In this document: in pieces, positions 18,660 to 28,474 of the stretch | Position numbering within the stretch: position 1 is the stretch's first letter | Layout of the letters: the number at the start of each line of letters is the position of its first letter | DNA from: an uncultured virus (IMG/VR IMGVR_UViG_3300010346_002895) | Taxonomy: Duplodnaviria > Heunggongvirae > Uroviricota > Caudoviricetes | Strand: one strand, 5' to 3' | IMG/VR virus record: IMGVR_UViG_3300010346_002895 | Length of the DNA: 59,169 nucleotides | The notes under the pieces: generated by a model | The model's database searches: none | Told to the model about the DNA's origin: nothing | Seen by the model: only the letters and a program-made list of their open reading frames with translations | Made by a program: the position numbers and the translations under genes

Positions 18660-21600
18660 TTATTTCAGCCTCACACGGGTATTCTCTTTTAATGCCGCCA
18701 TCAGTGTCGCTTTCAGGTCACTCACATAATCTTCGACATCCTGCTCGGTCTCAAGGAAAGCCTTCTTTGAAATCGCAGACGGTTTAATTTCCTTAACGGC
18801 TTTTACAGGTTTGTCATCCTTTTTAAGGGAAGCCACAACCTCATCCAAAGCCGACTCGATTCTCTGCGCTGCTTTATCTTTCATATAGCCGATGTTTGGT
18901 ATGCCGGATTCGGTATCAACCTTTTCAAGAATATCCAACACAGGTTTGAGCGCCTTGTCCACAACTGCGGTATCCGCACCCATCTTCTTGAATTCATTTT
19001 TAGCCCTGTCAACTGACTGCCGGATCACTTCAGCGGCCTTGGCTTTTTCATCCGCCACCAGGGATTCATTCGCCGTCCTGATTTTCTGAATCAGCGCATC
19101 CACATCTTTTAGAAGGGCATAAGGACTTGCCGCCTGTCTGATGTTGTTAAGCTGTGATAGTGCGCTTCTAACATCCCCGTTATCCTCAAGAATGGATTTG
19201 TTAGGCTTGAATTCATCGAGCGCTTCAAGCAGCCGCTCCCAGACAGGTCTCTGGTTCTTGAAGAATTCCGCAATGTTCGCAACATCCTCCGCAGCGTCCA
19301 GCAGTGCGTTCTTCTGCGCCACAAATTCCTTGATAAACTCGAATGTATCTTTTTTTGCGAGAACCTTCTGGATTACCGACAGAGAATCGTTAATCTCTTT
19401 TTTGCCCGGATAATTCCCTGTGTCAGCCAGAGGCTTACATCCGAGGAGTTCCTGCTGCCATGTCTTCAGGCTTCCGAATAGATATTCAAAAAGCGGGTCT
19501 TCCGCCTCCGGACCCAACTGCCCGAACAATTCTTTTCCAAGTTGACTTGCTGCCGTGAGGTCTGCTTTCTCCGCTTTCTTTTTCTTCAATATGGTTATCT
19601 GTTTCCATTGTCCTGTCTTCGTAAGCGGCCCTACGGCATCAGCGGGCTCGAGTGCGGAGCCGTCCATCAGTAGCGTTATTTCCCCGGCCCGGAAAAGCTT
19701 TGCAATGATGATGGCTGTTTCATATTCAGGCCAGCCACAGGGCGCTTTTGACAGCTTGGTCGTGATTTCGCCAAGCGTGATCTTGGCGTTCTTGATCGTC
19801 ATCAGGTTTATCTGATCACGAATCTCGGAAATCGCTTTCGGATTCACAGCCGGAGTCGGCCCGGCAATGTCTATGCTCAGTTGTGTAACGTCGTTGGATG
19901 TGAGAATTGCTTTTATCTCAGCAACCGGGTCTTTGTGTTGCTTCTCGATGTAATCCAGTTTGTTGTAGATGTTCTGAATTAGATAATCGAGTCCCTGCTG
20001 GAGAACGGCGGCAGGTGTCGAAGCCTTCAATTGCAGTGAGTTACCCTTGGCGTAATACTCGGCTCCGCTGATGAGCTTGTTTAGCATTTCGATGATTCTG
20101 GTTTTTCGTTCCCTGTTTTCATCCTGTCTGCTTCTTAGAATGCTCTTGATGGATTCAGTCGCATCGCCGCTCTTTTTACGGATGTATTTGTCCGTCTGGA
20201 TAAACGTCCTCAGTTCCCGCTCAAGGTCGGCATCATCCCAGAGCTTTATTACAAGCCGCCCCTGATCCTCCATGCTCCTCATTACGCATTTCGCTTCGTT
20301 ATACATCGGATAATCTTCGGAGACCGGGGTTATAACCTCGATGCTTATATCGTTGTCCAGCTTTCCTTTGTAGGGTTGTCCGTCGCACAGGCGACTGTAA
20401 GTGTAAGGATTGTTGTTCGCCGAGTATCTGTGCTTGCCATCGGCCTTAAAAACCTCTTCAAAAAGAATTTCATTCAGTTCTTTTGTCTCCTCACTGTTCG
20501 AGACATCTTCGCCCTTTATTTCCCGGCTAACATCCCGCTCTTCGTTTGTGAGAAAGAAGAAATTGTCGCCGCTACGGTTTATCAGCGTTTCTTTTTCAAG
20601 CCGCTGTAGGCTTTCCTGTATCTTGCGTTTCAGTTCAAGCCTGTCGGCATCCACTTTATCAATTAAAAGCGTAACGAGGTTGTCCACGTTTGGTTTTGTA
20701 AGATCGACATATCGAATCAGGAACAGCGTCTGGAGCATCTGAATATCAAACGGCTTTTCGAGGCTCGGATTGTCCGCCGCCTGATCAATGACGCTCTTCA
20801 CAACGCCTTCCAGGAAGCTTTCGATGGAAGGGTAGAACTGATACAGCGGAACCAGAACGCCAGTGTCCTGATCTGAAATGGACTTTGCGGCCGTCTGGAA
20901 GGCATCCAGCATGGAGCGTTCACCACGGGCGAGATGAAGCCCGGTAACTCCCACTTTCCTTATCTGCTCGAATATCTTCTGGAGAAGCTGGAATTGATAC
21001 GGCGCAAACGGATATATGGCGGCGAAATCTTCGGTGCTCTTGAAGTTTCTCAGCGTCGGCCCGTCAGACGTGAAGCTCAACTGGTTTTTAATGATGTCGC
21101 CTTTGGTCTCGTACAGGGTAGCCAACTCCGTCTTGGCAACTTCCGTTTTTTCAAGCAGACGGGCCTGTATGACTTCATCGGTGTTGGAACTCGAAAGAGA
21201 TAACCGGGTAACAAAACGCCCCTGAATCTTGGAGAAGTCGTTGGCTTCCGTTGACCTGAGTTCTCCGATAATCCGGTCAATGTCTTCCTGTGATGTAACG
21301 ATAACCCACGCTTTGCCCTTACAGACACTGCCCAAGTTCTCTGTGATCGTCTGGAGACTGAGCATCAGGTGTCCATCCTTGCCGATGAACTGCCCGACTT
21401 CATCCACGAGAAACACAATGCGGTGATCCCGCCCGGCCTTATCAAGGTAATCCTTTACGCTCTTGGCGAAGCCTTCCACAGTCAGGCTGAATTTGGATTC
21501 AGCATCTTCAAACCATTTCTTCGCCGACTCCTCGCTCATTCCGAGAGCCTGAGACAGGGCAGCAATCAATTCATCCTGCCTGAACAGATAGGCATCCCGT

Positions 21601-22211
21601 TCTTCCTTCCACTCGGAACCGGATATATCCTTGAAAGCCTCGTGGAATTTTTTCAGCTTTCCTTTCTTGCTGAGATACCTTTCCATTTCAGCGATGTGAG
21701 GATCACTGCTGAAACCCTGCATCTGGTTGAACACTTTCATAAAGACTGCAAGTATGGATTGACGACCATCCCGTGCATCTGCTTTACTGTCTATGTTGAA
21801 CAATATGACATCGGTGTTTGTGTCAGCGGCTCTCTTCATGTCTGAGTACAGCATGGCATCCGGGACTCGTTCTTCCATGAAAGAAACGGCATTCCGAGAT
21901 TCGCCAGTGGCGGGGTTGCTGACCGAGAGATTGCTTAAAACATAAGAGAGGATTTTTATGAAATGGGATTTACCGGAGCCGAAAAAGCCGGATACCCAGA
22001 CACCTGTCTTACCGCTGACGTTGGGGTCTCCGGCTCTGTCAATGGATTCCAGATATGCGGTAAAAAACTTATGCAGATATTGATTGAGTTCACGGGTGAC
22101 GACATACTCGCTGAGTTCCTGATAGATTATTTCTTCGTCACGCTGGTCAGCCTTAACCACGCCGTTTATCGGCCTGAATATATCCTTTGCGAACAGGTTC
22201 TTGATTTTCAT
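18660..22211 (-). CDS. brxC: BREX P-loop ATPase BrxC
   Basis: RPINGVVKAD, GFFGSGKSH, FLVDEVGQ, FSKIQGRF. Confidence 0.95.
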   Translation of the reverse strand: MKIKNLFAKDIFRPINGVVKADQRDEEIIYQELSEYVVTRELNQYLHKFFTAYLESIDRAGDPNVSGKTGVWVSGFFGSGKSHFIKILSYVLSNLSVSNPATGESRNAVSFMEERVPDAMLYSDMKRAADTNTDVILFNIDSKADARDGRQSILAVFMKVFNQMQGFSSDPHIAEMERYLSKKGKLKKFHEAFKDISGSEWKEERDAYLFRQDELIAALSQALGMSEESAKKWFEDAESKFSLTVEGFAKSVKDYLDKAGRDHRIVFLVDEVGQFIGKDGHLMLSLQTITENLGSVCKGKAWVIVTSQEDIDRIIGELRSTEANDFSKIQGRFVTRLSLSSSNTDEVIQARLLEKTEVAKTELATLYETKGDIIKNQLSFTSDGPTLRNFKSTEDFAAIYPFAPYQFQLLQKIFEQIRKVGVTGLHLARGERSMLDAFQTAAKSISDQDTGVLVPLYQFYPSIESFLEGVVKSVIDQAADNPSLEKPFDIQMLQTLFLIRYVDLTKPNVDNLVTLLIDKVDADRLELKRKIQESLQRLEKETLINRSGDNFFFLTNEERDVSREIKGEDVSNSEETKELNEILFEEVFKADGKHRYSANNNPYTYSRLCDGQPYKGKLDNDISIEVITPVSEDYPMYNEAKCVMRSMEDQGRLVIKLWDDADLERELRTFIQTDKYIRKKSGDATESIKSILRSRQDENRERKTRIIEMLNKLISGAEYYAKGNSLQLKASTPAAVLQQGLDYLIQNIYNKLDYIEKQHKDPVAEIKAILTSNDVTQLSIDIAGPTPAVNPKAISEIRDQINLMTIKNAKITLGEITTKLSKAPCGWPEYETAIIIAKLFRAGEITLLMDGSALEPADAVGPLTKTGQWKQITILKKKKAEKADLTAASQLGKELFGQLGPEAEDPLFEYLFGSLKTWQQELLGCKPLADTGNYPGKKEINDSLSVIQKVLAKKDTFEFIKEFVAQKNALLDAAEDVANIAEFFKNQRPVWERLLEALDEFKPNKSILEDNGDVRSALSQLNNIRQAASPYALLKDVDALIQKIRTANESLVADEKAKAAEVIRQSVDRAKNEFKKMGADTAVVDKALKPVLDILEKVDTESGIPNIGYMKDKAAQRIESALDEVVASLKKDDKPVKAVKEIKPSAISKKAFLETEQDVEDYVSDLKATLMAALKENTRVRLK

Positions 22212-22245
22212 CTTGGCTTCCTCGATCCTCTGATTGTGTCTGTCG

Positions 22246-22818
22246 TCAGTCCACGAGCCTGAACGCCCGGTAGTAATTGCTTTTGATTTTTCCGAACAGT
22301 TTTAGCTCCTGCCCGTCGTAAGTGCCCGGATAGAAAAGCACCAGCGGCACATTCTGGAAGTATGTGTGAAGGTTATTCAGCAGGGTATGGCTGCGGAGCA
22401 TCGGGTAGCAGCTTCCAACGCCATACACTAAGATCAGGTCGTGCTTGTCCGGCTCCGCTTCCTTAACAAACACTTCGGCGACCTTGGTTTCATTCAACGG
22501 CCCCTTCAAAGCCTTCATCAGGGCTTCATCGCCTTTTTCTCTCTGTATTGCGAATGATTTGTCCAGAAGATTACGCTCTTTCAGATACTGGATAAGCAAT
22601 TCAAAAAGGTTGATTGTTTTTATCCGAATGTCAGGATGCTTCTTTGACACCTGTTTTGCTATGTGGTGTACGTTCTCCCGAATCTCAAGTTCACAATCAG
22701 GCGGGTAGTCAAAGATGTAGAAAGCAATTTCATTGCCCAAACCCGTGCTTTCAAGAAACTCTTTTGACTGGACTCTCTGAATTGCTTTGTTCAAGCGGTT
22801 CTTCAGGTCTTCATTCAT
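22246..22818 (-). CDS. brxB: BREX protein BrxB (DUF1788)
   Basis: GLGNEIAFYIFDYPP, LFYPGTYDG, NYYRAF. Confidence 0.93.
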   Translation of the reverse strand: MNEDLKNRLNKAIQRVQSKEFLESTGLGNEIAFYIFDYPPDCELEIRENVHHIAKQVSKKHPDIRIKTINLFELLIQYLKERNLLDKSFAIQREKGDEALMKALKGPLNETKVAEVFVKEAEPDKHDLILVYGVGSCYPMLRSHTLLNNLHTYFQNVPLVLFYPGTYDGQELKLFGKIKSNYYRAFRLVD

Positions 22819-23417
22819 TCAAATATCCCCATACACCGGATCAGGTAGTATTCGCTGTGAGATTTCAGATAACTCTGTATCTCAGGCAGTATTCTAACAG
22901 GTATCAGCTTCATTGACTTAGTGCTGTCCATATATTTCGCTTCGGCGAGAATTCGGAACACCACTTGCCGTACCTTCTTCTTGGTCGTTTCAGCCCACGA
23001 TGTGATCTCCGGTGCTCTCTGCTCACAGGTTTCAAAGAACTTGTCCCAGTCCCGAAGCGACAGTTGGCTTTCAAAAACCTGAACCTTTGTGCTTTTTACT
23101 TCTAAAAGAAAGTCGCCGAGCAGACGGCTCTGTTTTACCGTCGCCGCCATCAGAGCCTGTACGCAAGAATCATAACTTCCATCTGTGACAATTTCCCACA
23201 GTTCGGGCTGCATAAGCTCCAGACGGTTTCGGATCAACCGTGTCTGCCTCTTAGCGGAGGCCGGGCTGCGCTTCATCAGCACGTTGTCGCCCCGGATGGC
23301 TTGTTTCCAGTCCTCCTCAGTGGCGTTGGCAAGCAGGAGCTTCGCCACCTCCCGGCTTTCCGATATGAGCAGGGAGCCAGCGGCTATGTCGGCTGCATAA
23401 ATTTCCGAAACACGCAT
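22815..23417 (-). CDS. brxA: BREX protein BrxA (DUF1819)
   Basis: GSLLISESR.VAKLL, SWAETTKKKVRQVVFRILAEA; first gene of the operon. Confidence 0.9.
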   Translation of the reverse strand: MRVSEIYAADIAAGSLLISESREVAKLLLANATEEDWKQAIRGDNVLMKRSPASAKRQTRLIRNRLELMQPELWEIVTDGSYDSCVQALMAATVKQSRLLGDFLLEVKSTKVQVFESQLSLRDWDKFFETCEQRAPEITSWAETTKKKVRQVVFRILAEAKYMDSTKSMKLIPVRILPEIQSYLKSHSEYYLIRCMGIFE

Positions 23418-23587
23418 TTTCTCAGACCTTCTGATCGCAAGACCTCCCGGAGGCCACAATCCTCAGTGGAGAGCATGGAGTATTATATCCCACTTTTGTC
23501 TCCAAAATAAAGCTTTGGGAGCACAGAAAAGCCGCTTTCTGGCTGTCATTTTATAAAATATCGGGTTTGAGTGTCATGTGTCTATTT

Positions 23588-23614
23588 ATGTGACGGATGC
23601 TCCCTTTGTCACAT
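23588..23614. promoter_or_regulatory. Inverted repeat ATGTGAC-N13-GTCACAT upstream of brxA, possible operator
   Basis: Perfect 7-bp arms in the divergent intergenic region. Confidence 0.35.
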
Positions 23615-23656
23615 CCTGCTGGTAAAATGTAAACAGAAGGTGTAAACGGAAACCGC

Positions 23657-23863
23657 ATGTTTGATGATCATGGCTTCGATTTCGATGATTTTCTGCTGCT
23701 CGGTGGAATCTACTACCTCGCCGATGTCATGGAGAAGGAGGAACGTAAACTTGCCGCCGAAAATCCTGAGCAAGCGGAGAACGAAGCGAAAGCAACTTTA
23801 TTGGGCTGTGTCATAACGATTTGCATTCTTATCGGAATCATCGTTGTTGCCATACTTCTATAG
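23657..23863 (+). CDS. Small membrane protein (68 aa)
   Basis: Hydrophobic C-terminal helix. Confidence 0.5.
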   Translation: MFDDHGFDFDDFLLLGGIYYLADVMEKEERKLAAENPEQAENEAKATLLGCVITICILIGIIVVAILL

Positions 23864-23949
23864 ATTTAACCTGCGTTTCATAGGGGATTTTTATAAAAAC
23901 AAGCGCGTAAAATACGACTCATTATATGATGTGTGCGAGCACAAAAATA

Positions 23950-24822
23950 TCAAACAGCGTCCTCGACATAATCTTCAATACTGTATTTTTCGTATCTTTC
24001 TTTCTTTAAAATGCTTTCTAATTTTTCAACTAAAGAAATAAATTCCGTGCGTTCTGGTTTTGCTAACGACTCGGAGATCCTATATAACGCGACAGGGGTT
24101 TCTATCCCCTTCATTTTTCTATTGTGTGTGAATTGAATGCAAAGGATGTAGTTGTAGATATTCATCTGGTTCTGATACTTGTATCTAAGATGAGATGACG
24201 GCTTTGACTCCTTTATAAGTGAATTATAATCAACTGCTTTTCCATTTTTATCAACGCAAAGGTTAGTGCATAGAAACTGATTCGTATTCTGAGTGACAAT
24301 CATTCTCGAACTATCCATGTCTTTTGTAGAGGATTCGACTCGAGCAGCAGAATTTATAACATCACCTATAAAACTCCATCCAAAACCGGATAAATGGGCA
24401 TAATGTTTTTCAACAAAACGAATCTTATCTGCTGTTCCTGAATCTATACCGATTCCAAAATCAAGTACCTCCGGCTTTTTGCCTTTGAACCTCTTTCGTA
24501 TTTCCTTAAGTTCTGTATTATCATTATTGAAAATATTTCTCATGCTATTGTGAATCAACAGCCCTGAAAGAAATGCTTCAATGTAGTGTCTATCCGAAAA
24601 AAACACGGCAACAAACCCATCGCCAGTTGAATTTACATATACTTTTTTGCCCTTATGCTTTGCTACCCTGTTAATAATCTTAAAACATTCATAGAAAGCC
24701 TTACTGATGTATTTCAAAAATAGCTTTTTAACTTCGGGTTCAGATTCGGGTTCAGAGCACGCTTTTAGATTCGGAGTAAAGTTCCTTATGTCAAGTAGTA
24801 ACGCAGTGCAGGGTTTGCTCAT
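23950..24822 (-). CDS. Class III adenylate/guanylate cyclase-family protein, stand-alone catalytic domain
   Basis: LLLDIRNFT, NSTGDGFVAVF, FGIGIDSG, FIGDVINSAARVES. Confidence 0.85.
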   Translation of the reverse strand: MSKPCTALLLDIRNFTPNLKACSEPESEPEVKKLFLKYISKAFYECFKIINRVAKHKGKKVYVNSTGDGFVAVFFSDRHYIEAFLSGLLIHNSMRNIFNNDNTELKEIRKRFKGKKPEVLDFGIGIDSGTADKIRFVEKHYAHLSGFGWSFIGDVINSAARVESSTKDMDSSRMIVTQNTNQFLCTNLCVDKNGKAVDYNSLIKESKPSSHLRYKYQNQMNIYNYILCIQFTHNRKMKGIETPVALYRISESLAKPERTEFISLVEKLESILKKERYEKYSIEDYVEDAV

Positions 24823-24857
24823 ATGTATAAAGCGAAAAGAGACTTAAGAGGTGCATT

Positions 24858-25241
24858 TCACTGATCTTTGGGTTTATTCCTATTAAGCTCTTCCAGTTCC
24901 TTCTCCTTCATTTCTCCAAGCTTATCCAAATCGTCTATATTCTTAAGGTCTTTGTAAAGAATCTCATCTTTCTTTCCACATATCTGATTTATGCGTTTTC
25001 CGATTTCAACCAATGTTATCCCGCTGCCAGGCACAAAGCAGGAATCCAAAAGCCTTTTTCTGATTTTTGCGCACCTGCGTTCAAAGAGATATTTTTTTCC
25101 GTCCTCCGGGTCTCTCGCGGCAGGGACATAGATTTTGTACTTGCTTACGTAAATGCGCAGCTTGGCAATCTTCTTTATACCGACGAGCTTCATCAGCTCC
25201 GGTGTGTCTATCAGAAAATTTGGGTCCCACTTGATGGCCAT
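24858..25241 (-). CDS. Putative MerR-like HTH protein
   Basis: ELMKLVGI..AKLRIY...P..RD..GKKYLF...GITLVEI pattern. Confidence 0.5.
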   Translation of the reverse strand: MAIKWDPNFLIDTPELMKLVGIKKIAKLRIYVSKYKIYVPAARDPEDGKKYLFERRCAKIRKRLLDSCFVPGSGITLVEIGKRINQICGKKDEILYKDLKNIDDLDKLGEMKEKELEELNRNKPKDQ

Positions 25242-25725
25242 ACAGGTCTGCTCGGTTCGCTCTTTTTGCTTCCTACCGCCTGTTTATCCGATAGATACAC
25301 AGAAGCGGTGATGTTTGAAAGGCTCAAATTCTAAAGACCAACAATCCCTCCTTGCTTTTTCCGCGATGTGTTTCCTTCGAGGTATGGGGTTTGTGTTTTT
25401 GTCCGCCTCCCATATTTTTTTAATTTTACGAAAAAGGCAGAAAAAGCTTGATTTTAAATGGTGTTTTTCACTTTGCAAATCCAAACAAACTCAAACAGTT
25501 CTTTAAAACATTTCAGTTTTCTTGACTTTAAAAGACAGTTCTCCATTTTACGTAATTGTGCAATATAGCACATAAAGGATGATTAGTCAACATTAGAAAA
25601 CATTAGATTAGATACAGTCGCTGTAAACCGATTTTATTTGAGGGCAAAAAATCCGTAAAATTGTGATTAACAAAGGCTTTTTTCTGTATGGGGACAGAAA
25701 AATACTTCGCCACGGGGGAACAGTT

Positions 25726-25914
25726 ATGAAGACGACATGTGAAGAAAGGAAAGAAATCCGGTGTCAATCATGTGAAACTCTGCTTGCGATTGAATCGGAC
25801 GGAACCATTCAAATCAGATACAAAAAGGAGGTGAATCTCACGGTTTCAAAAGACCTGCATGTTGTGTGCAGGGGATGCGGAAAGGTCCATCTTATCAGGA
25901 TCGAAAAAAGATAG
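25726..25914 (+). CDS. Com-like zinc-ribbon protein (62 aa)
   Basis: EIRCQSCETLLA...CRGCG. Confidence 0.65.
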   Translation: MKTTCEERKEIRCQSCETLLAIESDGTIQIRYKKEVNLTVSKDLHVVCRGCGKVHLIRIEKR

Positions 25915-25993
25915 CCTGAAATTCATGGACAACAGGATTCAGAAAATGGCTTAGAGAGGTGCGTGACGCCCGGCCGGAAAGGACGGCGGGCTT

Positions 25994-26812
25994 ATGTCAC
26001 GCACATCGAAGGAAGAAATTCGTCATGCCATTTTTACGGAGGTACAGTCAAGGGAGTTCAACCAGCCGTTTCAAGAGATGCAGGAGGCATCTCGCGCGCT
26101 GGCTCTTTTCACAGATGCGGGTGAACTCGTCCATTGTATGCATCAGCGGGACAACGGCAAAGACGAGGAACAGGACATAAAAAACAGAGTTCTCCGCGAT
26201 CTGATAATCGCGGCCAAGTATTCGCGGAAATATAGTTCCGCGGCGCAGTCCCTCTGTATCGCGGCGCTGTGGCCGGGGCTGGATAGGGTATCAAAGCAGG
26301 TGGAATCCTCGCCGGAGCCGATTCAGGATTCCTTCGCGGAGGTTTACAACGCGACTCTTCAGGAAATCCAGTCCTGGGACATGGACAAACAGGATAAAAT
26401 TGCCGCCAATATTCTGCTGAACGTGAAGAAGCGCGTTTTGATGCTGTACGATGCCGTCAGAGAGACCGAAACAACCCCGTTCAAATCCCCCGACAACACG
26501 GACGACGATGTTGACGCGGGAGCGTTCGAGGGTGGCGCGGATGAAGTCGTTGATGAAAAAACCGTCGAGTCGCAGGTTGAGGAGGAGCTTTGCTCTTCCG
26601 CGCTCGACCGGCTGGTCGCGGCGAACGTTATCAGTCCCCAGGAATCGCTTCTGATCGTTCTTCGCGTCTTTCAAGGGCACGAGCTTGACGCAATCGCTGA
26701 ATCACTCGGCATAAGTTACAAGACTTTATGCCGTAGATACGAGCGCGCGATAGAGCGACTGGAGAAGTTTTTCAAAGACGAAAAGGGTTACTGGGCGTTT
26801 CTGAATTCATGA
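25994..26812 (+). CDS. Sigma-70-family sigma factor (mobile-element type)
   Basis: Region 4 HTH: LIVLRVFQGHELDAIAESLGISYKTLCRRYERAIERL; region 2-like helices. Confidence 0.75.
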   Translation: MSRTSKEEIRHAIFTEVQSREFNQPFQEMQEASRALALFTDAGELVHCMHQRDNGKDEEQDIKNRVLRDLIIAAKYSRKYSSAAQSLCIAALWPGLDRVSKQVESSPEPIQDSFAEVYNATLQEIQSWDMDKQDKIAANILLNVKKRVLMLYDAVRETETTPFKSPDNTDDDVDAGAFEGGADEVVDEKTVESQVEEELCSSALDRLVAANVISPQESLLIVLRVFQGHELDAIAESLGISYKTLCRRYERAIERLEKFFKDEKGYWAFLNS

Positions 26813-26967
26813 CTCGGCCGGACTGCGGCGACGCGCGGGAAATCGGCGACTGAATTTCCAATTATCGCGTGACGCGTGATAAGATATGTGGACAGGGAGC
26901 GGCGCGTCATGATGATAACTCCGAGGAATTCTTTTAGATTAAACTATGCTTTAATTGCACCTGCCTT

Positions 26968-26997
26968 AATTAAAGGATGGCGGCACATCCTTTAATT
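26968..26997. terminator. 12-bp perfect hairpin, possible terminator
   Basis: AATTAAAGGATG-gcggca-CATCCTTTAATT downstream of the sigma gene. Confidence 0.5.
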
Positions 26998-27203
26998 GGC
27001 AAGCCTCTTGGTAATGTTTGCGGTTTTCGCGGGCGGTATTTTTTGGGTATCAAACCGGATCGCTCCAAGATATACACATCTGGAAATATCATGTCTGTTT
27101 TACGTATGGAGAGAATCTATTCAAAATGCTTGCATATTTGCAGTTGAAATGCATAATTACATATTAGACGGGTTTTGTTGAGCTAAAAGGCAAGGTGATT
27201 TGC

Positions 27204-28418
27204 ATGAAATATATTCCACGTTCCGTAGAGCCAATTCTGAAGAAATCCGCAAAAGAGTTTCCCGTTATCGCGCTGACCGGGCCGAGGCAAGCCGGGAAAA
27301 CAACTCTTTTGAAACATCTGTACGGAAAAAGCCACAAGTATGTTTCCCTTGAGACCCCGGTCATTCGCGCTGCTGCGACGGATGATCCCCGCGGCTTTCT
27401 CGACATGTATTCTCCGCCTGTTGTATTCGATGAAGTTCAGCATGTTCCCGATTTGCTCCCGTATATAAAAGAAATGGTTGATGCAAATAGAAACACACCA
27501 GGACAATTCATTCTGACAGGTTCGCAGAACCTTCTCCTCGCGCAAAACATCACGGAAACTCTGGCCGGAAGATCAGCGGTGCTCAGGCTACTGCCTGTAA
27601 CCTACCGTGAGCAGACAGGTGTTCCGGGACAGCCGCTGCCATGGGAAAAGGGGAAAAGAAACGAAAGAAAAAAGATATCGTCGAAAGACCTGTGGCGAAG
27701 CATCCTGCGTGGCGGGTATCCTGAGCTCGTCGCCGGTGGACACCGGAATTTATCGCTCTGGCACGGAAGTTACGTGCAAACATATCTTGAAAGGGATGTG
27801 CGGACACTGCGGCAGGTGGGCGACCTCACACAGTTTCAGACGTTCCTGCGGGCGCTCGCCGCCCGAAGCGCGCAGTTGTTGAATCTCTCGGAACTTGCGC
27901 GGGATATCGGCGTAGCGGTAAACACGGTCAAATCGTGGTTGTCGGTTCTTGAGGCCTCCTATCAGGTGATAATCCTTCGCCCATATTTTGAGAACATCGG
28001 AAAAAGACTTGTGAAATCGCCGAAAGTGTATTTCACTGATACCGGAACGCTATGCTACCTCGTTGGTCTCGAAGACCCCGAACACGCCGTCAAAGGACCA
28101 ATGGGTGGCGCGATCATGGAAACAGCGGTCGTGAATGAAATCCACAGGTCACTGATTCATCGTGGAGAAACACCGCGGATGTATTTCTGGCGGACGTCCA
28201 ACGGTACGGAAATTGACATTGTTATTGACGCAGGGAACCGACTGATACCCATAGAAATTAAATCGTCCGCCACGCCGAACCGTGGCATGGCAAAAGGCAT
28301 TGAGGCGTTCAGAAAAGATTTCGGCGAAAAAGCCTCAAAGGGATTTGTGATATGCCCATGCGAAGCGTCGCTGCCACTCGGCCCGGACGCTGCGGCATGG
28401 CCGTTTTTTGATCTGTGA
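27204..28418 (+). CDS. AAA_14 ATPase with a DUF4143 C-terminus
   Basis: GPRQAGKTT, FDEVQ, LTGSQ, GGYPE, KSPKVYFTDTG, EIDIV, IEIKS. Confidence 0.92.
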   Translation: MKYIPRSVEPILKKSAKEFPVIALTGPRQAGKTTLLKHLYGKSHKYVSLETPVIRAAATDDPRGFLDMYSPPVVFDEVQHVPDLLPYIKEMVDANRNTPGQFILTGSQNLLLAQNITETLAGRSAVLRLLPVTYREQTGVPGQPLPWEKGKRNERKKISSKDLWRSILRGGYPELVAGGHRNLSLWHGSYVQTYLERDVRTLRQVGDLTQFQTFLRALAARSAQLLNLSELARDIGVAVNTVKSWLSVLEASYQVIILRPYFENIGKRLVKSPKVYFTDTGTLCYLVGLEDPEHAVKGPMGGAIMETAVVNEIHRSLIHRGETPRMYFWRTSNGTEIDIVIDAGNRLIPIEIKSSATPNRGMAKGIEAFRKDFGEKASKGFVICPCEASLPLGPDAAAWPFFDL

Positions 28419-28474
28419 TTAATAAGGCTGATTCGCACGTTTGTCGTGAAGGCCCCTCAATAGAAGGCGCAAAC

